From assembly GCA_031411495.1 (NCBI GenBank), contig JANOBD010000081.1, forward strand, positions 1,519 through 65,518: a stretch of DNA of 64,000 bases. The letters run 5' to 3'. The DNA comes from Phycisphaerae bacterium (GTDB taxonomy: Bacteria > Planctomycetota > Phycisphaerae > Tepidisphaerales > Tepidisphaeraceae). A program made the position numbers and the translations under genes. Under the pieces are notes generated by a model, which was not told the DNA's origin, made no database searches, and saw only the letters and a program-made list of their open reading frames with translations. Shown here piece after piece: positions 25,698 to 34,067 of the stretch (position 1 is its first letter; each line of letters starts with the position of its first letter).

Positions 25698-26163
25698 TTA
25701 CGGCTTACCGGCCTGTGGGGCCTGTGGGCCGTCGCGGGAAATGTAAAGAATCTCAATATCGAAATGGAGCGTCGAGTTGCCCGGAATTGCCGGCGGCGCA
25801 CCGACAGCGCCGTAGCCGAGATTCGGCGGCACGATCAGATGTCGCTTTTGGCCGACCTTCATCCCCAGAACACCTTCAGCCCAACCGGCAATCAGTTTGT
25901 CCACGCCGAGTCGAAACGTAAACGGTTCGTTCCGCGGAAGCGAACTGTCGACCATCGTCCCATTCTCCAGCGTCAGCGTGTAGTGACACGTCACGCGATC
26001 GCCTTTCTGCACGGTCATGTTGTCGAAACCCTGTTCGATGATTGTTAGCCCGCTCGGCGTGACGGTCTGTTCGCCGGCAGGCTGGGTGGCAGGTTCTTCG
26101 GCGAAGCAAAAGACGGCCAGCATCGCACCGGCGGCGATCATCGGAAAGATTCGTTTCAGCATG
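25698..26163 (-). CDS. FKBP-type peptidyl-prolyl cis-trans isomerase, secreted
   Basis: Signal MLKRIFPMIAAGAMLAVFCFA. FKBP core GDRVTCHYTLTLENGTMVDSS...PFTFRLGVDKLIAGWAEGVLGMKVGQKRHLIVPPNLGYG...LHFDIEIL. Confidence 0.8.
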
Positions 26164-26236
26164 TTCGTTTCTCCAAAGGGGCGACGACTCGTTCGACGCG
26201 ATGTTATCGGCCAGCCATGCCTGATCACAAGCGACA

Positions 26237-26599
26237 ATGTCCGTGATGTGTTTGGCCGATCTTAACGGTATGATTGAGATGGGAGGGGCGATGTCGACCC
26301 AACATGAAGGAGCGGACGTGAGCAAGAGCATCAAGGACTGGCTTGCCGAGGGCGAGACCATCTACACCGCTGCCATGGATGAATACCAGGCCCTTGAAAC
26401 GCAGATCATCGAATTGGAGCAGCGGCTTGCGCTCAAGCGCGAAGAAGTGAACATCATCGCTGAAAAGCTTGGCAAGCCTGCCATCGAAGGCAGCCGCCGG
26501 CTCAGTGCCGAGATCGTCGAGCGCGGCCACCCCAACAGCGTTCCCAACAGCCAGGCGACGATCGCCCGCGCGTTGCAGGGCCGAGGTCTGGGACGATAA
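26237..26599 (+). CDS. Hypothetical small protein
   Basis: ORF only. The central region is predicted coiled-coil (YQALETQIIELEQRLALKREEVNIIAEKL). The start is uncertain (ATG 26291 possible). No recognisable domain. Confidence 0.3.
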   Translation: MSVMCLADLNGMIEMGGAMSTQHEGADVSKSIKDWLAEGETIYTAAMDEYQALETQIIELEQRLALKREEVNIIAEKLGKPAIEGSRRLSAEIVERGHPNSVPNSQATIARALQGRGLGR

Positions 26600-26665
26600 T
26601 CTTGTCGCAATGCCGGAACTCATTCCCATCATTGTCCACCCCCTCGTCTGCACTATCATCCGGCC

Positions 26666-29644
26666 ATGCAATGCACATGGCTTTGTTCGTTGTTGATCGG
26701 TTCCCAGTTGATGTTGGCGGAGCCGAGTTCGCGACCGGCAACTGCGCCAACGACCCAGCCCGACAAACAAAGCGCCGATTCACCCACCACGTTTCTCGGT
26801 GACCTCAACTCCGCGCCGGCAACGATCACCCGCGGAAACAACCGCATCCTTTATCTCGCCCAGGATCACGATTGCGCAGTCTTCTCACGTATGGAGCCGG
26901 TGACCGGACGCGAATTGTGGTTCAGCGATGGAACCAAAGGCGGTACTCGCCTCATCACCGACCTGGAGCCCGGCGAAGGCTCCAGCGAACCCAAGGACAT
27001 CACGCCGATCGGTCACGGCCAATTCCTCTTCACCGCGGCCGTCGGAAGTCGCGGCCGGGCGCTATACGTGACCGACGGGACGGCCCAAGGCACCGCGCTG
27101 CTCGTCGACGCGCAGGACCCATCGAGCAGTGAGTCGTACCTGAACCTTACCCGCGTCGCTGATCGAGGATTCTTCCTTGTGCGATCCGAGGATCGCCCGG
27201 TGGCTGGCGACGCCTCGGCGGAAACGGTCAATGCAGACTTGTGGGTGACGGACGGAACGCCCGGCGGCACACGCCTGGTGCGCCAATTGCCCGCCGCGGG
27301 GAATATCCGATCCACGCTGGCGTTCGGCGATCGGTTCGTGGTGCAGATCACTTCGCCGCGCAGCGTCGTCTGGGTCAGCGATGGAACGCCGGAAGGCACC
27401 ACGGCGGCGAGCCTTCCGATTTCCGGCACGCCGGTGGCAACGAGCGAGTTTTTCTGGTTTGTCGGGCCGAATCGATCGCTCAAGCGCGCCGACGCATCGC
27501 TGGGCTCGATCATCGACGTCGATGCCCGCGTGAACGCCGAGGGACTGGATACTGAACCCAATGCGCTATCCACGCTCGATGACCTGGTCTTCTACAAACC
27601 CAAGCAACATTGGGCCTTGTTCGTCACGAAGGATGGCAAGCCCGGGACGACCAAGATGCTCACCGAGAAGTTCAAGATGTATCGCCTCGGTACGCCCAAA
27701 GCCGTCAAGGGGAAGGCGTTCTTTTTCGCGTCGCCGCCGGCCATCAAGATTCAGCGCGACGGCAGGCAGGAGGCCGCCTATCCCGCCGACGACCTCTATG
27801 TGACCAACGGAACGCCCGAGGGGACGAAACTGGTGCGCAGTGGTCGCAAACCCAATCAGGGCGGATTTGTGAGTCCATACTTTCGAGGATCGACCGAAAA
27901 TGGCGTGTTCTTTCAGGCCGATCTCAAGGCGACGTCGGAGTTCTATTACACGGATGGCACGCCAAAAAAGTTCCAGCGCGTCATCGCATTGCCCAAGGCA
28001 TCCGGCACCGGCGATTTCTACGGGCCCGAGCAGCAGGGTGCGCAGAAATCTTACTTCACCTACAGCGACGGAAAGAGCGACGCGCAGCTGTACATAAGCG
28101 ATGGTACGCCCCAAGGCACGATCAGCCTCACGACATCCAATGCGACTGCGACCGACGACTCGATGCCCGTGTTTGTCAGGCTGCCCAATGGATGTCTGGT
28201 GGGCACGGCCAACACTGGCGTCGGCGGCCGCCGACTCTTTGTCAGCGACGGTACCCTCGCCGGCACCCGCGCGGTCGACACCGCGCCGGGAAAGGATAGC
28301 GGTCTGTTGATTGACGTCTTTAACGATCCGCGCATCGGCGAGAAACACTTTGTCGTGGTCGGCGACAACGCGTTCTTCCTGGTGCGGAACCCCGCCTCGG
28401 GTCTATCGTTGTGGAAAAGCGACGGTACGGCGCCGGGCACCAGGCAGTGCGCGGTGGTCGCTCCCGCTGACAAGTCACCCCCGATTACTCAGCTCCCGCT
28501 CTATGGAGGGAGCAGGAGCGTGTACATCGATTACACGAAAGACGATCACACGCGTCGCCTGCTGCGATACGACACCTTTGCAAACAAGCTGAGTATCGAG
28601 TGGGATGAACCCGCGCCGGCAAAGCCGTCTGCGGCCCAGGAGCATCGCAGGTTTGAACCCGATCGCGGACCCGGGCCGATGATGTCGTCGCTTTCGAACG
28701 GCGTCGTCTGGGGCGATCGCCTGGTCATCGATCGGAGGAACGGCCCGGAGGCATTTCTGCTGCTTCTCGCCGCTGCGGAGCCGTCTACAAAGCCGATCGT
28801 TCTGCACGATGGCATTCGCCGCGGCGCGATGGTGATACCCTTCGCAGACCGGGAACTCTCCGAACGCGCGGGCAAATGTTACTACCTCGCCGCCGGTGAT
28901 GATGGGATGGCTCTCTGGGAAACCGACGGCACGGTCGAAAACACGCGCTCGGTGAGCAGTTTCCGTTCGGAGCGTTTCGCGGATCCCGAAGCGGTCACGA
29001 CCGATCGCGAGGTGTACGTTCGGACGGGAGCGTTGAACCCGGGTGGCCTCGACCTGCGTTATGCGAGTGCTGACATGGTGCGTTACGACCTGGACACGCG
29101 ACAGCTCTCGCGCTTTGGCGCGCTGCCCAGAAGTGATCGCTCGGTGGGTCCGGAGTTCGTCCAGGCTTCACACTTTTTCAACGACGGCGAACTGACCTAT
29201 TTTATTGCCACGGGCAGCGACAACCTGCGCGGCCTGTATGCGACGCGCGGCACGCCCCAAGACACATGCCGGTTATGGTCGCTCGGCCCGATTTCGGCGG
29301 CGGCCTTGACCGAAGAGTGCATCGTACGTGTGCGAGGGACGGTGCTGGTCGCTACGCCGAGCGGCGAAGTGCTGACGACCGATGGAACGCCGCAGGGCAC
29401 GCGCATCGACGAGAAGCTGACCGCGCAATTCAGGGGAATGTCCCCGAAACTGCGCTCGCTGGACGCAGCGCATGCATATGTCGTCGCCCGCACACCGCGC
29501 TTCGGCGCCGAGCCTTGGCTGATCAACGAAAGCTACCGGCCGCTAGCTGTGCCAGTCCCCTCAGAGCCGGCAGGGGCGACGACCGCGCCGAGCACGGCAC
29601 CCACGAGTCGATCCGTTACGCGCCCTGCAACCCGGCCGAACTAA
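26666..29644 (+). CDS. Secreted ELWxxDGT-repeat protein (12 repeats; probable beta-propeller)
   Basis: Signal peptide. Twelve spaced copies of the [E/D]LW(F/V)(S/T)DGT..GT motif (WFSDGTKGGTRL, YVTDGTAQGTAL, WVTDGTPGGTRL, WVSDGTPEGT, YVTNGTPEGTKL, YYTDGTPKKF, YISDGTPQGT, FVSDGTLAGTRA, WKSDGTAPGTRQ, WETDGTVENTRS, YATRGTPQDT, LTTDGTPQGTRI). Confidence 0.7.
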   Translation: MQCTWLCSLLIGSQLMLAEPSSRPATAPTTQPDKQSADSPTTFLGDLNSAPATITRGNNRILYLAQDHDCAVFSRMEPVTGRELWFSDGTKGGTRLITDLEPGEGSSEPKDITPIGHGQFLFTAAVGSRGRALYVTDGTAQGTALLVDAQDPSSSESYLNLTRVADRGFFLVRSEDRPVAGDASAETVNADLWVTDGTPGGTRLVRQLPAAGNIRSTLAFGDRFVVQITSPRSVVWVSDGTPEGTTAASLPISGTPVATSEFFWFVGPNRSLKRADASLGSIIDVDARVNAEGLDTEPNALSTLDDLVFYKPKQHWALFVTKDGKPGTTKMLTEKFKMYRLGTPKAVKGKAFFFASPPAIKIQRDGRQEAAYPADDLYVTNGTPEGTKLVRSGRKPNQGGFVSPYFRGSTENGVFFQADLKATSEFYYTDGTPKKFQRVIALPKASGTGDFYGPEQQGAQKSYFTYSDGKSDAQLYISDGTPQGTISLTTSNATATDDSMPVFVRLPNGCLVGTANTGVGGRRLFVSDGTLAGTRAVDTAPGKDSGLLIDVFNDPRIGEKHFVVVGDNAFFLVRNPASGLSLWKSDGTAPGTRQCAVVAPADKSPPITQLPLYGGSRSVYIDYTKDDHTRRLLRYDTFANKLSIEWDEPAPAKPSAAQEHRRFEPDRGPGPMMSSLSNGVVWGDRLVIDRRNGPEAFLLLLAAAEPSTKPIVLHDGIRRGAMVIPFADRELSERAGKCYYLAAGDDGMALWETDGTVENTRSVSSFRSERFADPEAVTTDREVYVRTGALNPGGLDLRYASADMVRYDLDTRQLSRFGALPRSDRSVGPEFVQASHFFNDGELTYFIATGSDNLRGLYATRGTPQDTCRLWSLGPISAAALTEECIVRVRGTVLVATPSGEVLTTDGTPQGTRIDEKLTAQFRGMSPKLRSLDAAHAYVVARTPRFGAEPWLINESYRPLAVPVPSEPAGATTAPSTAPTSRSVTRPATRPN

Positions 29645-30384
29645 GACCAGAACTCGCGCCCGACATACCAGAAGAATGCGGCAGACATCCAGCTGGCGAT
29701 GAATGTCAGCGCCACCGAGACGCAACCCGCCCGTTCGACGCCGGGGTAGAGACTGATGATGAAGAACACGCCCAGCACCGCGAGTGTGCCAAAACCCAGG
29801 CCGCGCGCAAAGTGATGAGGCGTTGCATCGAGCGACTGCGTGCTGGGCATGACCTCGATCATCCACAGGGCCAACGCGCCGATGCCCACGCTGCAGAGCA
29901 TGTTCCACCACGACATCTCCTCGCTCCAGTTGGCGAGTGCCTTGTGCAATGGCTTGGTGTTGAGCACGAGCAGGATGGCAACGGCAGCGAGCGCGGATAA
30001 TCGCGCGGGCCAGCGGAGCGAAAATCGCGTGACGCCTTCGACCGGCTTCGTGCCGAGAAAAATCGCGACCGCGATCGCGCCCGAGACCAGCAGCAGGGCC
30101 AACCGGTACAGCCACTCAGGTACATCGAACCTCAGCACGAGGCTCGCGACGCCGACCAGCGGAAGCAGGCAGAGCACCAGCAACGAAATCGCCGTGACCT
30201 GCATCGCCAGTCCCTGCTGATGGCGCAGACGATTGATCGGTTCTCCCATCCAGCGGAGCCGCAGCGAAATGCGGATGCTGTCGCCGCACTCCGGGCACTT
30301 TCCCGCCGGCGGCAGGCCGCGGAGGTTGTAGCCGCACGTCGCGCAGGGGACGTCTTCGCGAATGGCGTGTACGGGAGCTGTCAT
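29641..30384 (-). CDS. Membrane protein with N-terminal zinc-ribbon (CxxC…CxxC) and ~6 TM helices
   Basis: CATCGYNLRGLPPAGKCPECGD followed by multiple hydrophobic segments. It overlaps the upstream K+-channel gene by 4 bp (ATGA), which implies co-transcription. Confidence 0.5.
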   Translation of the reverse strand: MTAPVHAIREDVPCATCGYNLRGLPPAGKCPECGDSIRISLRLRWMGEPINRLRHQQGLAMQVTAISLLVLCLLPLVGVASLVLRFDVPEWLYRLALLLVSGAIAVAIFLGTKPVEGVTRFSLRWPARLSALAAVAILLVLNTKPLHKALANWSEEMSWWNMLCSVGIGALALWMIEVMPSTQSLDATPHHFARGLGFGTLAVLGVFFIISLYPGVERAGCVSVALTFIASWMSAAFFWYVGREFWS

Positions 30385-30812
30385 GCGGATGGCAGATTAT
30401 CCTGCGAGGCCGATTCCAGCCGCGCGAGAATGTTTTTGAGCGTGGCGAGAATATCTGACTGCGTCGAATCGTTCCGCGAATCGCCGTCCATCGTCTTGGC
30501 AGCGAGCGCGGGACCGTAGGTCATCAGGATGGTGCCCAGTAGCTTGCCGGCCTTGGTGACCGGGTGAATGTCGGCGTAGCCGACGCTCAGGCACGTGCTG
30601 GTGTAGAGCAGGGCATCGGTGATGTCGCAAACGCGCGGGTTCGTGCCTTTCTCGAAATGGAGGAACAAGACCGCGCTTGCGAACACGACGATGGCGGTCT
30701 TGTTCGCCGGCTCGCTGGTGAGCTTGGCCAGCCAGTCGTCGACCGCAATCCGTTCAGGAATCTGCACGCCAAACGCCGCCAGGCCGTAGTTGAGATCTTC
30801 ACGCCAGGACAT
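30381..30812 (-). CDS. Minimal 2-TM potassium-channel-like protein (KcsA-type pore) with variant selectivity filter GYAD
   Basis: TM1 TAIVVFASAVLFLHF. Pore helix plus filter DALLYTSTCLSVGYAD (canonical TVGYGD). TM2 AGKLLGTILMTYGPALAA. 143 aa. Confidence 0.55.
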   Translation of the reverse strand: MSWREDLNYGLAAFGVQIPERIAVDDWLAKLTSEPANKTAIVVFASAVLFLHFEKGTNPRVCDITDALLYTSTCLSVGYADIHPVTKAGKLLGTILMTYGPALAAKTMDGDSRNDSTQSDILATLKNILARLESASQDNLPSA

Positions 30813-31028
30813 TTGTTATTGAACCACGAAGACACGAAGTCGCGGAGTTGTGTTTTGAACGGTGTCAGATTTGCGCGCGATTCAATGTTCAATCAGACGC
30901 GCGGGTCTTCTGCATTCAAATTACTCTGACAAGTCGTTGAAGCTCATTCCGACATTCAAGCGGCAAGCGACAACTGCGTGACTTCGTGCCCTCGTGGTTC
31001 ACCTTTCTTCTGAGACCCCGACCCGGCG

Positions 31029-31056
31029 GCGGAGGCTGTCCCGGCAGAATCCGGGA
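31029..31056. terminator. Perfect 11-bp-stem hairpin (GGCTGTCCCGG cagaat CCGGGACAGCC) just downstream of the flotillin gene
   Basis: Inverted repeat read directly from the sequence. There is no adjacent U-tract, so it is a stem-loop only. Confidence 0.4.
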
Positions 31057-31090
31057 CAGCCTGCGCGCCACACCCCAACGCGCCAAGAGT

Positions 31091-32911
31091 TCACGCGTCT
31101 TTATGCTCGCCGTTGACGGCATTGCGGTCGCCATTCGCCGCGCCGTCGTCGCGCTTCGTGAGGTTTTCTACCACGCGTCCGGCAACGAGCTTGAGATCGT
31201 CGGGCATGGTTCGCATGAGCCCGTCCATGGCCGTTCCCAGGCTTGCGGCACGCATAAACTGCTCGCTCATCTTCGCCATGGTGGTCGGGTCGCCGAAGAT
31301 CTGCATCTGCGCCTTGGCCATCATTGCGCCCATCGCTTCGGCGCTCTTGATGCGGAACTCCTTCTCGGCCTCGATGCGAAGCTTCTCGAGTTCGAACCGC
31401 AGGGCGGCGTCGCCGAACTCGCTTCGGTTGGCCAGGCTCTGGCGCTCGACTTCCACCCGCGCCTGCTCGACGTTGACGTCGACCATCTTCAGGGCGCGAT
31501 CGCCTTCAGCACGACGGGCGGCGCTGGTCGCATCGGCCTCGGCGAGCTTCAGGCGGGCCATCGACGTCATCTCGGCTGCCTGCTTCTCGGATTCGGCCTT
31601 CTTCACGTTGGTGTACGCCGCGACGTCCGCATCGGTCTGGTCGCGCAGCTTCTTCTCGTTGATCTGCTGCTGGGCGGCGATCAACTTGGTCGCCGCGACG
31701 CGCTCGGCCTCGCTGGTGATCTCGACCGTCGTCACCAACTGCTTGGCGCGTTCGCGTTCGGCTTCCGCGGTCAGCACCTGTGCCTGGGCGGCGGCGCGTT
31801 CCTGTTCCTTTTCGGCGATGGCGATTTCGCGCATCCGGCCGGCGACTTCGATCGACTTGCTCTTGTCGATCATCGCCGTCTCCTGCTCCTTCTGCCGCGC
31901 GACGAGCGCCACCTGCTTCATGATGTTCGCCGATTCGACCGCGAGCGTACGCTCGACCTCGGTCGTTTCGATCATCTTCATCTTTTCGATGTCGCGCCGC
32001 GCGATCGCTTCATCCTGCGTAATCTTGAACTCCTGCACTTCACGCGCGCGCTGCGCCTGAACCGTCGCGACTTTTGCCTTCTGTTCGGCTTCGAACTCGG
32101 CCTGTTCTCTCTCCATGCTCAGGACTTTCTTCTTGGTCGCGACGTTCTTGGTCACGATCTGTTCCGAAGAAAGCTGCTCGATCTCATTGCGCTCGACCTT
32201 CGCCTTCTGCGTGATCTCGGCGATCTTGCGAAGTCCCTGCGCGTCGAAGACGTTGCGCTCCTGGAGTTGAGCCGTGTCGGTCTGATCGAGCGAGCTGATG
32301 GTGACGCTTTCGAGCGTCAGGCCGTTGCTGGCCAGGTCGTGGGTGATGATCTCCTGCACGCTGCTGGCGAACTCGTGCCGCTTGCTGTGGAGCTCGACGA
32401 GGTCTTTCGTTGCGGCCACGGTACGCAGCGCGCTCACGAGCTTTTCCTGTACGAGTTCGCTGACCGCGCCCGGATCGGTGTTCTTCGAACCGAGCGATCG
32501 GGCGGCCTGGAGGATGTCCTCCTTGTTCGCCTGCACCTTGATGTAGAACTCCGCGCTCAGGTCGACGCGGAGGTTGTCCTTCGTGATCAGGGCGTGCGCG
32601 CCGCGGCGTTCGACGTTGAGGCGCATCGTTTCCAGGCTCACGGGGATGAGCTGGTGGACGACCGGGAAAACGTATCGGCCGGAATCACAGATGACTTCCG
32701 CGCCGCCCCAGCCGGTGCGGACGAACGCCATGTTCGCCGAGCTCTTTCGGTAGAGCTTGGTGACCATCGTGAGGAAGGCGCTCACGATCAATAGCAAGCC
32801 GCCGAGGACCGACAGCACCGCCTGTGCACTGAAGGCAAGGCGGCCATCGGGAACGACCCATGGGCCGATCGCCAGAACCGCACCGAGAATGAACATCACG
32901 AAGATAATCAT
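31091..32911 (-). CDS. Flotillin-like SPFH/band-7 protein (FloT/YqiK family)
   Basis: N-terminal TM segment, SPFH domain (…ITKDNLRVDLSAEFYIKV…), and a long EA-rich coiled-coil flotillin repeat region. 606 aa. Confidence 0.85.
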   Translation of the reverse strand: MIIFVMFILGAVLAIGPWVVPDGRLAFSAQAVLSVLGGLLLIVSAFLTMVTKLYRKSSANMAFVRTGWGGAEVICDSGRYVFPVVHQLIPVSLETMRLNVERRGAHALITKDNLRVDLSAEFYIKVQANKEDILQAARSLGSKNTDPGAVSELVQEKLVSALRTVAATKDLVELHSKRHEFASSVQEIITHDLASNGLTLESVTISSLDQTDTAQLQERNVFDAQGLRKIAEITQKAKVERNEIEQLSSEQIVTKNVATKKKVLSMEREQAEFEAEQKAKVATVQAQRAREVQEFKITQDEAIARRDIEKMKMIETTEVERTLAVESANIMKQVALVARQKEQETAMIDKSKSIEVAGRMREIAIAEKEQERAAAQAQVLTAEAERERAKQLVTTVEITSEAERVAATKLIAAQQQINEKKLRDQTDADVAAYTNVKKAESEKQAAEMTSMARLKLAEADATSAARRAEGDRALKMVDVNVEQARVEVERQSLANRSEFGDAALRFELEKLRIEAEKEFRIKSAEAMGAMMAKAQMQIFGDPTTMAKMSEQFMRAASLGTAMDGLMRTMPDDLKLVAGRVVENLTKRDDGAANGDRNAVNGEHKDA

Positions 32912-32938
32912 GACGAAGCTCCTTTTCCCTGTTGTTGA

Positions 32939-33766
32939 TCACGCATGGCTCGGCGCCGCCCGGAACGACTGAAGTCGGTCCGGCGTCGTCACGTAGAACA
33001 CGCGTTCGTTTCGATCAAATCGCATCAGCACAATCGCACGATTGGCCGAGATGATTTCCTGTCCGGGCGCAACACGGCAGGGCACCTGAATGCCCACGCC
33101 GCTGCCGTCCAATACTTTCGCGAGGCCGAAGTTGTCGTCGATCGGCAGGATGGCGGTGCCTTCCTGGCCGACGAGCTGCGGCAAGGTCTTGGCCGTCGAT
33201 TCATCGCGCGGCATCACCTTGTTGAGCGCGCGGGTGATGAGCGCAGTGAGCGTCAGCGCGATGCCGGCCGTGATCGGCAGCGACATGAAGCCGACCTTGT
33301 CGCCGTCGGCGATGGTCTTGTGCAGGAGCTGGTTCGTCGCGAAGCCGGTGATGCCCCAGCAGATGAGCAGGATCATCACCATCAATGACAATGGCACCTT
33401 GCCGAAGCCGATGAGGTGAAGCAGCGACATCGCGCCGAAGCTGGACGACTTCTCGCCGTCGGCGTCGTGGTCCGAATCGCTGTCGTGATCCGAATCGCCG
33501 TCCGCGTCGTGATCGGCTTCAGCTTCCACTTCCGCGCTGGGCTCCCAGCGCAGATCGTTATCGGCGTCGGCGTCAACATCGTGGTCGACTTCGAGGCCGT
33601 GATCCGAATCGATGTCGTGATCGGCATCCGCATCCAGGTCGTGATCGACATCGGCATCGCCAAAGGTGATGCCCGTCATCACGTAGACGCCGAGGTACGT
33701 CAGCGCGATCAGAAACGGCGCGAGGTAGATCAAGTTCCACCAGCCGAGTATCCATTGAATGGTCAT
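32939..33766 (-). CDS. NfeD-like membrane protein (flotillin partner; C-terminal OB-fold) carrying an Asp/His-rich low-complexity insert
   Basis: N-terminal TM, C-terminal OB-like QEGTAILPIDDNFGLAKV...IQVPCRVAPGQEIISANRAIVLMRFD. ~70-aa insert GDADVDHDLDADADHDIDSDHGLEVDHDVDADADND...DHDADGDSDHDSDSDHDADGE. The gene is immediately upstream of flotillin. Confidence 0.6.
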   Translation of the reverse strand: MTIQWILGWWNLIYLAPFLIALTYLGVYVMTGITFGDADVDHDLDADADHDIDSDHGLEVDHDVDADADNDLRWEPSAEVEAEADHDADGDSDHDSDSDHDADGEKSSSFGAMSLLHLIGFGKVPLSLMVMILLICWGITGFATNQLLHKTIADGDKVGFMSLPITAGIALTLTALITRALNKVMPRDESTAKTLPQLVGQEGTAILPIDDNFGLAKVLDGSGVGIQVPCRVAPGQEIISANRAIVLMRFDRNERVFYVTTPDRLQSFRAAPSHA

Positions 33767-34067
33767 GATCGCGTTCCCACGGGTCCCGTGGGCCTCCTGA
33801 CAGAGAGATATGCTAACGAAACCCGGGCGGGTGCGGGGGAGATCGGGGTTCCAAAGAAGACGTCGAAATCGAACGCACGTAAGTCGTCAATCGATCCATA
33901 AGTTAAGAAAATAGCAGGAGATGGCTCATCCGCCGCCGGATTCGCATGCTTGACGACGCGGCGGTTTGCCCCACGAGGCCGTGGCGGCCCGAGTTACGCG
34001 CGTTCTGGCATGCTTCGAATCGAATGTAAGTGCTTCAGCGAAGGATTGGCCGAAGGTGAAAACGCCT

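Noticed and set aside
30986-32794. 602-aa and 315-aa + strand ORFs antisense to flotillin
   Set aside because: Low-complexity (L/R/G/D/A-rich) antisense translations. The flotillin SPFH and EA-repeat region on the - strand is unambiguous.
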